From assembly GCA_902521355.1 (NCBI GenBank), contig CABYRT010000001.1, positions 57,800 to 121,799 on the forward strand: 64,000 nucleotides of DNA. Reading direction: 5' to 3'. Positions 23,763 to 31,180 of this stretch are shown one piece after another (the first letter of the stretch is position 1; the number at the start of each line of letters is the position of its first letter). The translations under genes were made by a program, and so were the position numbers. The notes under the pieces are model-generated. The model ran no database searches and had not been told where the DNA came from. It saw only the letters and a program-made list of their open reading frames with translations. Origin of the DNA: an uncultured Pelagibacteraceae bacterium. GTDB taxonomy: Bacteria > Pseudomonadota > Alphaproteobacteria > Pelagibacterales > Pelagibacteraceae.

Positions 23763-24795
23763 TCTTATAAGACCTTTTATATTTAAATTTAGCCCTGAAG
23801 TTGCTCACTCACTAGCAATAAAGGCTTTAAAGTTAAATCAGATACCAGCTATAGATAAAACAACCAGAGTTACTATCCAAACTAAATTTTTAAACAAAAC
23901 CTTAAATTCTCCTCTAGGTGTAGCTGCTGGATTTGATAAAAATGCAGAAGTTTACAATCCTCTATACAAACTAGGATTTGGTTTTGTTGAGGTAGGTACA
24001 ATTACACCCAAACCACAAATAGGAAATCCGAAGCCAAGAGTGTTCAGATTGGAGGAAGATGAGGCTTTAATTAATAGACTTGGATTTAACAATATTGGAT
24101 CAGAAGAAAGTAAAAAAAATATTGAAAATAATTCACCTAATGGATTACTTGGTATTAATATAGGACCTAATAAAGATACTGAAAACAGAGTTGAAGATTA
24201 TTTAATTTGTTTCAGAAAATTTCACAATTTAGCAGACTATATTACAATTAATATCTCTTCTCCTAACACAGAAAATTTAAGAAACTTTCACAAAAATGAA
24301 GAGTTAGATAATCTTTTAAAATGCATAAATGAAGAAAAGAAAAATTTAAATTCAAATGTGCCAATAGCAGTCAAAGTATCTCCTGATATTGATGAAAAAA
24401 GTATTGATGAAATCTCAGAACTTTTTTTAAAATATAATGTTAAAATAGTTATAGTTTCAAATACGACAGATAGAAATAGAGAAAATATATCTAATATAAA
24501 TAAATTAGAGAAAGGCGGTTTGTCTGGAAAACCACTTGAAAATATCTCTAATGAATTGATTAATAAATTTTTTAAATTAGTTGGAAAAAAAATCTTAATA
24601 ATTGGAGTTGGAGGCGTTGACTCTGCCGATGGCGTTTTTAATAAAATTGTAAGCGGTGCAACTCTTGTGCAATTGTATACAGGTATGGTTTATAAAGGAC
24701 CAACTATTGCTTCAAAGATTAATAAAGATCTTGACGAAATTGTAAAAAGAGAAGGTTTTAAAAATATTTCTGAAGCTATTGGAACAAAAAATTAA
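23755..24795 (+). CDS. pyrD: Dihydroorotate dehydrogenase (quinone), class 2
   Basis: AAGFDKN, INRLGFNN, NISSPNT, GGLSG; ATG at 23755. Confidence 0.96.
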   Translation: MFNLIRPFIFKFSPEVAHSLAIKALKLNQIPAIDKTTRVTIQTKFLNKTLNSPLGVAAGFDKNAEVYNPLYKLGFGFVEVGTITPKPQIGNPKPRVFRLEEDEALINRLGFNNIGSEESKKNIENNSPNGLLGINIGPNKDTENRVEDYLICFRKFHNLADYITINISSPNTENLRNFHKNEELDNLLKCINEEKKNLNSNVPIAVKVSPDIDEKSIDEISELFLKYNVKIVIVSNTTDRNRENISNINKLEKGGLSGKPLENISNELINKFFKLVGKKILIIGVGGVDSADGVFNKIVSGATLVQLYTGMVYKGPTIASKINKDLDEIVKREGFKNISEAIGTKN

Positions 24796-24797
24796 TC

Positions 24798-24826
24798 TTG
24801 ACTGGTATTCTTTAAGACCATATACA
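24798..24826 (+). promoter_or_regulatory. Putative sigma70 promoter of rpmB-yhhQ
   Basis: (C)TTGACT-N17-TATACA. Confidence 0.55.
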
Positions 24827-24838
24827 TCTTGAAAATTT

Positions 24839-25120
24839 ATGTCTAAAAAATGCGAACTTACTGGTAAAATCCCTCTAAAAGGCCATAATGTTAGTCACGC
24901 TAACAATAAAACTAAGAGAAGATTTCTTCCAAATTTAAAGAAAGTAAAATTTAAAAGTGAACTTTTAAAAAAATCTATGAGATTAACAGTTTCAAATGCA
25001 GGTGTTAGATCTGTAGATAAAAAAGGTAGCTTTGATAATTTCTTAAAATCTGCAAAATCAAGAGATTTATCGTTAAGATTAAAAAAGCTTAAAAAATCAA
25101 TAATCGCAAAAACAGCATAA
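24839..25120 (+). CDS. rpmB: 50S ribosomal protein L28
   Basis: CELTGK...[19 protein letters not shown]. Confidence 0.98.
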   Translation: MSKKCELTGKIPLKGHNVSHANNKTKRRFLPNLKKVKFKSELLKKSMRLTVSNAGVRSVDKKGSFDNFLKSAKSRDLSLRLKKLKKSIIAKTA

Positions 25121-25668
25121 TGAATAAAGTTTTCCTTACTCTCTCATTTTTAATGGGATTGGTTGTGCTGGCATCTAATTATTTAGTTCAATTTCCTATA
25201 AAATATTACGGTTTAGAGGAAATTTTAACTTACGGTGCTTTTAGTTATCCAATTGCATTTTTAATTACAGATTTAGCCAACAGATCCTTTGGAAAATTAG
25301 TAGCTAGAAAAATTGTCTATATAGGCTTCACAATTGGAATTTTGTTTACTTTAATATTTTCAACTAATTTTACTGATCTTATTTCTATAAGAATAGCAAT
25401 TGGTTCAGGAACAGCTTTTATAATTGCTCAACTTTTAGATGTTCAGATATTTGATCAATTAAGACAAAAAAAGTGGTTTATAGCACCTTTAACATCTTCT
25501 TTGATAGGTTCAACTGTTGATACTTTTTTATTTTTCTCAATATCATTCTATGGAACTGGAATTCCTTGGGTAACTTTATCGTTAGGAGATCTTGCGGTAA
25601 AAATATTTGTAGCACTTGTAATGTTGATACCTTTTAGATTATTACTCGGCACACTAAAAGCAGCATAA
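25120..25668 (+). CDS. yhhQ: Queuosine precursor transporter (YhhQ/VUT family)
   Basis: Hydrophobic protein with LASN, YPIAFLITDL, AQLLDVQIF, VDTFLF motifs. Confidence 0.85.
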   Translation: MNKVFLTLSFLMGLVVLASNYLVQFPIKYYGLEEILTYGAFSYPIAFLITDLANRSFGKLVARKIVYIGFTIGILFTLIFSTNFTDLISIRIAIGSGTAFIIAQLLDVQIFDQLRQKKWFIAPLTSSLIGSTVDTFLFFSISFYGTGIPWVTLSLGDLAVKIFVALVMLIPFRLLLGTLKAA

Positions 25669-26721
25669 CTAAATTTTAGGTTCTTGTTGGGTCATGCAAT
25701 GTATTGCACCAAATCCCCATATCAATTTGCTACAGTCAACTGTTTCGATTTTTCTATTTCTAAAGTAATTTTTGAAAATTTTAATTACAATATTGTCTTC
25801 TTTTACTTTGAATATTGGAAGAATTATTTTTTTATTACAAATATAAAAATTCATATAACTTGCAGGAACTCTAGTATTCTCAATATAAATTGGTGAAGGC
25901 ATAGGAACTTTTATAATTTTGAATTTCTTTCCTTTCTCACATTTACTTTCTTTCAATATATTTAAATTCTTATTTAAGTTTTTGTAATTTATATCTTTTT
26001 TATTATTTTCAACCGCAGTCATAATCGTATTTCTTGAAACAAATCTTGATATGTCATCAACATGTCCATGCGTATCATCGCCAGCAATTCCTTTTTTAAG
26101 CCATATAAAGTTTTTTATATTTAAGTATTTATTAAACATTTTTTCGTAGTCTTTTTTTTTAAAATTTTTATTTCTTTCTTGAATTTTGCTTAACAAACAT
26201 TCTTCAGTTAATAAAATTGTACCTGAGCCATTTACATCAAATGCACCTCCTTCCATGATTATTTTTCTAATTCTGCCTTTTTTTTTGATTATTGGATCAA
26301 TCTTTTTAAAATTAGTAATTTTACTAATACTATTATTGATTTTATTGTCATTTTTATAATTTTTATACTTTGACCATCCGTTAAAACCAAAATTTAGTAT
26401 TACTTTTTTCTTTTCGACCTTGTTTGTTATAAATATGGGTCCAGAATCTCTTAACCATATTCTATCAGTTTTAATATAGTGGAAGTTGATATTTTTTATT
26501 TTATTAAGTTTTATTAATTTTTTTATATTTTTTATATTTCTGCTAACGATTAAGTTTATTTTTTGATTTTTTGAAATTTTTTTTATAATCTTTAAAATTA
26601 CTTCAGGAATAAATTGATATAATCCAGGCCAATCATTTTTATTATAAGGCCAAGCAATCCAAACTGAATTTTGAGGCTCCCATTCAGCCGGCATTCCAAA
26701 TCCATTAAAGTTTTCATTCAT
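25669..26721 (-). CDS. aguA: Agmatine deiminase
   Basis: MPAEWEP, WLRDSGP, EGG, DDTHGHVD, GAIHCMTQQEP (catalytic Cys). Confidence 0.93.
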   Translation of the reverse strand: MNENFNGFGMPAEWEPQNSVWIAWPYNKNDWPGLYQFIPEVILKIIKKISKNQKINLIVSRNIKNIKKLIKLNKIKNINFHYIKTDRIWLRDSGPIFITNKVEKKKVILNFGFNGWSKYKNYKNDNKINNSISKITNFKKIDPIIKKKGRIRKIIMEGGAFDVNGSGTILLTEECLLSKIQERNKNFKKKDYEKMFNKYLNIKNFIWLKKGIAGDDTHGHVDDISRFVSRNTIMTAVENNKKDINYKNLNKNLNILKESKCEKGKKFKIIKVPMPSPIYIENTRVPASYMNFYICNKKIILPIFKVKEDNIVIKIFKNYFRNRKIETVDCSKLIWGFGAIHCMTQQEPKI

Positions 26722-27595
26722 CTGCAGGATTTTTTAGTATGCCTTTATAAAAATCGATTCTTCTATCTCTTAAAAAAGGCCAATGCTCTCTGGCTGAATC
26801 AATTTTTTTATAGTTTATTTCACGAATTAAAATTTCTTCTTTTTTATTCCCAAGTTTTCCAATTATTTGCCCACTAGGATCTATGATCATTGAGTTTCCC
26901 CAGAATTCTATTTTCTTCTTACCTTTTTTTTCTGTTCCAACTCTGTTTATAGCAACCACATAAGTACCATTTGCGATTGCGTGAGATTTTTGCATTGTTA
27001 TCCAAGAGTCTAGTTGAGATTTTCCAAATTTTTTTTTCTCTTTAGGATGCCATCCAATAGCAGTAGGGTAAAAAATTATTTGTGCACCTTTAAGTGCAGT
27101 CAATCTTGCAGCTTCCGGAAACCATTGATCCCAACAAATTAAAGGTCCAATTTTACCAAATTTTGTTTTAACAGATTTAAAACCTAAATCTCCAGGAGTA
27201 AAATAAAATTTTTCATAATAACCAGGATCATCTGGTATATGCATTTTTCTATATTTCGATAAAATTTTACCTTTCTCGCTAATAACGATACTAGTATTAT
27301 GATAGAAGCCATGTGTTTTTTTTTCAAATAATGAAATCATTAATACTATTTGTAAATCTTTGGCTAATTCACAAAATATTTTTGTAGTTCTGCCAGGTAT
27401 TTTTTCCGCTAGCTTAAAGTTGGAATGACTTTCTGTTTGACAAAAATAATTTGATAAAAATAGTTCTGGTACACAAATTATTTTAGCTTTTTTTGATGCT
27501 GCTTTTTTTATATTTTTAATAGCTGAATTTATATTTTTTTGAATATTATCCGAAATTTTACTTTGAATAATTCCAATTTTTACTTTTTTGATCAT
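26714..27595 (-). CDS. aguB: N-carbamoylputrescine amidase (nitrilase superfamily)
   Basis: PELF, YRKMHIPDDPGYYEKFYF, ICWDQWFPE (Glu-Lys-Cys triad). Confidence 0.92.
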   Translation of the reverse strand: MIKKVKIGIIQSKISDNIQKNINSAIKNIKKAASKKAKIICVPELFLSNYFCQTESHSNFKLAEKIPGRTTKIFCELAKDLQIVLMISLFEKKTHGFYHNTSIVISEKGKILSKYRKMHIPDDPGYYEKFYFTPGDLGFKSVKTKFGKIGPLICWDQWFPEAARLTALKGAQIIFYPTAIGWHPKEKKKFGKSQLDSWITMQKSHAIANGTYVVAINRVGTEKKGKKKIEFWGNSMIIDPSGQIIGKLGNKKEEILIREINYKKIDSAREHWPFLRDRRIDFYKGILKNPADE

Positions 27596-27598
27596 CAA

Positions 27599-28639
27599 TC
27601 AAAATATTTTGGAAAAGTTTTTTCTTTCTCTATTTTTCCACTCTCCAGTATGATAGGCGTCACTTGCTATTAATGGTAAAACACTGGTAGCTTCAGCAAA
27701 TACCATTTGTTCTTTGGTAGTATCAACCTTACCCCATGAACTTGCTTCTTTTAATGTTGAACTACTGCAAGCTCCATCTCTTGAGTCAGCAACAGTAATT
27801 TGTATTGCATATTTGTGCATATCTACATTTTTTCCCAAAAGTTCAGCACAAATTACCGTGTCTTGTATAAAGTTTTTAGGAACTCCACCACCAATCATAA
27901 ATAATCCTGACCCTTTAGATTTAATTTTAATCTCTGTTAATTCTCTAAATTCTCTAATTGAGTCTATTGTAATGTGATTTTTTGGATTTCTCTCTTGATG
28001 CATGACTAATCCAAAACCTGCACTTGAGTCTGTAAATGCAGGACAGAATATAGGTACATCGTTATCAAAAGCTGTTTCAATTAAAGAACCTTTCTTTTTA
28101 GAATTAGTTTTTAGATATTTGCCAATCTCTTTAATAAATTCTCTCGATGTGTAAGACTTTGGCTCAAGTTTGTCTGCTATTTCTCCTATTGTTTTATCAC
28201 AAACCTGGAGCTCCTCTTCATCGATGTAAGTATCATAAATCCTATCTATATAATTGTCTCTAAGTTCATTATCATTTTGATATTGAGATCCTTGGTAATG
28301 TTTAAATCCAAGCGCTTCAAAAAAATCCATATCTATTATAGATGCTCCAGTTGCTACAATTGCATCTACCATGTTGTATTTAACCATATCTCTATAAATA
28401 TGCATACATCCAGCGGCAGAAGTAGACCCTGCAAGAGTTAAGAATATTGTACAATCTTTATCTTTAAGCATTTCATTATATATCTTGGATGCATTAGCAG
28501 TTTCTCTTGAAACAAAAGACATTTTTTCCATAGAAGATATAATTTTTCTAGAGTCAAAAGATGTAATATCAATATGTTCAACCTCTTTACTTAAAAAGTC
28601 TTTTTTTCTGTTATGATTAAGATTTTTTGTATCTGACAT
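27599..28639 (-). CDS. Deoxyhypusine synthase-like protein (SpeY-type aminobutyltransferase)
   Basis: IDRIYD, PIFCPAFTDS, GGGVPKNF, EASSWGK (catalytic Lys), AEATSVLPL. Confidence 0.9.
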   Translation of the reverse strand: MSDTKNLNHNRKKDFLSKEVEHIDITSFDSRKIISSMEKMSFVSRETANASKIYNEMLKDKDCTIFLTLAGSTSAAGCMHIYRDMVKYNMVDAIVATGASIIDMDFFEALGFKHYQGSQYQNDNELRDNYIDRIYDTYIDEEELQVCDKTIGEIADKLEPKSYTSREFIKEIGKYLKTNSKKKGSLIETAFDNDVPIFCPAFTDSSAGFGLVMHQERNPKNHITIDSIREFRELTEIKIKSKGSGLFMIGGGVPKNFIQDTVICAELLGKNVDMHKYAIQITVADSRDGACSSSTLKEASSWGKVDTTKEQMVFAEATSVLPLIASDAYHTGEWKNRERKNFSKIF

Positions 28640-29817
28640 TATGCAACAAGAAACTCTTTATTTGTTTCTTTGTCATACATCGTCATAATTGGATCATCAC
28701 AAACTTCGTAAATACTATCAGAATAATATCCATTAAATTGAGTTCTAAATGTCAATCCGTATGCTCCTAATTGACCTAATTCAATGTAATCTCCTTCTTT
28801 AATATTATTAGGTAGAATAAAAGGTCCCTTCATATAATCCATGCTATCACATGTTGGTCCATAAAAATCAAATGAAGTCAATTTTTTTGATATAATTCTT
28901 CCACTTGTAATTATCCTTGATGGATAAACTATATTAGGCACACCTGCATCAAATAAAGTTCCGTATGTTCCATCATTAATATATAGCTTTTGTTTTTTTC
29001 TTAAGTTTACTCTCACAATTGTCGAACCACTTTCTGCAACAATTGCTCGACCTGGCTCACATATAATTTCTGGTTTTTTTTCTAATTTTAATTTATTTAA
29101 TGAATTTTTTATTTCCTCAAAATAAGAGTCTAATGATTGAGGAACTAAGTCAGGATAGATTGTTGGAAATCCTCCACCTATATTTATAACATCTGGAACT
29201 ATTTTTGTTTTTTTTATTACATATTTAATTTCATTAATCCCTTTTGAATAGGATATTGGATGCATACATTGCGAACCTACATGAAAACTTAATCCTATTT
29301 TTTTTGCATACTGTTTTGTTAATCTATAAAGTCCTATTGCTTCAGAAGTTTGTGCGCCAAATTTTTTAGATAAATCTATTTCTGCGTGTTCATTAGAAAC
29401 TGCAACTCTCACAAATAACTCTAAATCCTTAGCTTGATTAGTACTATTAAGAATTTTTATTAATTCATCTTTTGTATCTATTGAATAAGTCTTAATATTA
29501 TATTTGAAATATGCTTCGTTTATACTTTCCTTGCTTTTTACAGTATGCATGTAGGAGCATTTTGCATCTGGGCTAACACTTCTAATTGCCTCAACTTCTT
29601 TAATTGAAGCGATATCAAAATCATTAATTCCGCTTTCCACTATAGTTTTTAATACTAATGGATGCGGGTTAGTTTTAACTGCATATAGGATTTTACCAGG
29701 AAATTTATTCTGAAAAAATTTAGAAGCTATGTTTATAGAATCTCTTCTAATACAATAAACAGGTTCTGTTGGTTTCAGTTGATTTACTAATTTATCAACT
29801 GATTTAAATTTTTGCAT
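28639..29817 (-). CDS. Fold-type III PLP basic amino acid decarboxylase (ODC-like; substrate uncertain)
   Basis: YAVKTN (PLP Lys), SFHVGSQ, IGGGF, EPGR, GPTCDSMD, GAY. Confidence 0.92.
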   Translation of the reverse strand: MQKFKSVDKLVNQLKPTEPVYCIRRDSINIASKFFQNKFPGKILYAVKTNPHPLVLKTIVESGINDFDIASIKEVEAIRSVSPDAKCSYMHTVKSKESINEAYFKYNIKTYSIDTKDELIKILNSTNQAKDLELFVRVAVSNEHAEIDLSKKFGAQTSEAIGLYRLTKQYAKKIGLSFHVGSQCMHPISYSKGINEIKYVIKKTKIVPDVINIGGGFPTIYPDLVPQSLDSYFEEIKNSLNKLKLEKKPEIICEPGRAIVAESGSTIVRVNLRKKQKLYINDGTYGTLFDAGVPNIVYPSRIITSGRIISKKLTSFDFYGPTCDSMDYMKGPFILPNNIKEGDYIELGQLGAYGLTFRTQFNGYYSDSIYEVCDDPIMTMYDKETNKEFLVA

Positions 29818-29841
29818 TTAAAGCTCCAAAAAAAATTTAAC

Positions 29842-29873
29842 AAAAAAAACCGGCATAACTGCTATGCAAGTTT
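29842..29873 (-). promoter_or_regulatory. Terminator-like hairpin plus U8 tract in the 5' leader of the polyamine operon
   Basis: AAACUUGCAUAG-CAG-UUAUGCCGGUUU running into the U tract. Confidence 0.4.
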
Positions 29874-29885
29874 ATATAAAACGAG

Positions 29886-29914
29886 CATTTATGCTGAAAA
29901 TGAGCCAATGTAAA
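29886..29914 (-). promoter_or_regulatory. Putative sigma70 promoter of the polyamine operon
   Basis: TTTACA-N17-TAAATG; the -10 lies inside the inverted repeat AGCAT-AA-ATGCT. Confidence 0.4.
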
Positions 29915-29927
29915 GTAAAAATGTACC

Positions 29928-29955
29928 CTTGAAATAATTTAGAATGTTTCCATAT
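29928..29955 (+). promoter_or_regulatory. Putative RpoH-type promoter of regA (probably leaderless mRNA)
   Basis: CTTGAA-N16-CCATAT ending 7 nt before the ATG. Confidence 0.45.
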
Positions 29956-29962
29956 AAGGCCC

Positions 29963-30526
29963 ATGCCAGAAGCAGATGTATTAAAAAAAATAACTGAATT
30001 TGAGGATAAATCTCTACTTATAGTAGATGATGATAACCCTTTTAGAGAAAGACTAGCTCGAGCAATGGAGAAAAAGGGCTTTTCTGTTTCACAAGCAGAG
30101 GGTGTAAAAATTGGAATAGAGTCTGTGAAATCAAAAAAACCTGCTTTTGCAGTTGTTGACTTGAGACTAAACGATGGAAACGGACTAGAGGTTGTAAAAG
30201 AAATCCAGAAAAATAACTCAGAGAGCAGAATAGTGATGCTTACTGGTTATGGAAATATACCAACTGCAGTAGCAGCCATTAAAGAAGGTGCAATAGACTA
30301 TTTAGCTAAACCAGCAGATGCAGATGACGTAGAAAAAGCACTTTTAGCTGATCCAAATAAAAAAGCTGCTCCACCAGAAAATCCAATGTCCGCTGATAGA
30401 GTTAAATGGGAACATATTCACAGAGTTTTTGAGTTATGTAACAGAAATGTATCTGAGACTGCAAGAAGACTTAAAATGCATCGAAGAACACTTCAAAGAA
30501 TTCTATCAAAAAGATCTCCTAGGTAA
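29963..30526 (+). CDS. regA: RegA/PrrA/ActR redox response regulator
   Basis: Receiver domain plus PMSADRVKWEHIHRVFELCNRNVSETARRLKMHRRTLQRIL. Confidence 0.96.
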   Translation: MPEADVLKKITEFEDKSLLIVDDDNPFRERLARAMEKKGFSVSQAEGVKIGIESVKSKKPAFAVVDLRLNDGNGLEVVKEIQKNNSESRIVMLTGYGNIPTAVAAIKEGAIDYLAKPADADDVEKALLADPNKKAAPPENPMSADRVKWEHIHRVFELCNRNVSETARRLKMHRRTLQRILSKRSPR

Positions 30527-30528
30527 TT

Positions 30529-31080
30529 CTAAATATATTTTCTAAGTTTAATAATTTTATTAACTAAAGCTGTTAGTAATAATATCTTAAATAATTCAGC
30601 ATAAAGAAATGGGTAAACACCAAATTCTAATATTGGTTTATCCCAACCGATTAAATTTCCAAGCCACAAAATACCCAAAATATATATTACTGATGTTGCA
30701 ATTATAATTTTTAAAAAATTTAATATATGGTTTTTATCGTATGTAAATATGCCTGCTATGAGACATGCAAATATAAAACCTATTAAATATCCCATTGTGG
30801 GACCAACAAAATAAGCTAATCCTATTCCTTTCTCTGGTGAGTTAGAAAATACCGGTAATCCCACGATTCCTTCTATCAAATAAAAAACTACCGAAAGCAC
30901 CCCGACTTTATATCCAAAGGAAATTCCTAAAAACAAAACTATAAATGTTTGCATAGTCATAGGAACTGGATAAAAAGGTATTTTAATTTTTGCGGATATT
31001 GTCAATAAAATAGAACCTATTAATGCAAATATTATGATTTTAATTATTTTATTATTAGAAATTGAATTTACTAATTCCAT
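30529..31080 (-). CDS. bioY: Biotin transporter BioY
   Basis: PVPMTMQTF, GLPVF, GPTMGYLIGF. Confidence 0.93.
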   Translation of the reverse strand: MELVNSISNNKIIKIIIFALIGSILLTISAKIKIPFYPVPMTMQTFIVLFLGISFGYKVGVLSVVFYLIEGIVGLPVFSNSPEKGIGLAYFVGPTMGYLIGFIFACLIAGIFTYDKNHILNFLKIIIATSVIYILGILWLGNLIGWDKPILEFGVYPFLYAELFKILLLTALVNKIIKLRKYI

Positions 31081-31180
31081 TAGCTTTAAATTACTATTTT
31101 AATAAAGTTTAATCCACTAATATTTATTAACAGGATGTTTTATTCTTACTATAATACTTCAATTTATTATAAATTAAATT

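Noticed and set aside
25669-27598. aguA/aguB as a horizontally acquired island because of extreme A/Lys richness
   Set aside because: Core genes here (nadD, tyrC, amgK) are similarly biased, and there is no integrase, tRNA or convincing att site.
27599-28639. Hypusination of EF-P by the DHS-like protein
   Set aside because: No efp is adjacent, and characterised bacterial homologs in such operons act in polyamine synthesis.
29862-29888. 8-codon uORF MLVLYKLA in the polyamine leader
   Set aside because: Its AUG overlaps the predicted -10 box, so it is probably not transcribed; likely chance.
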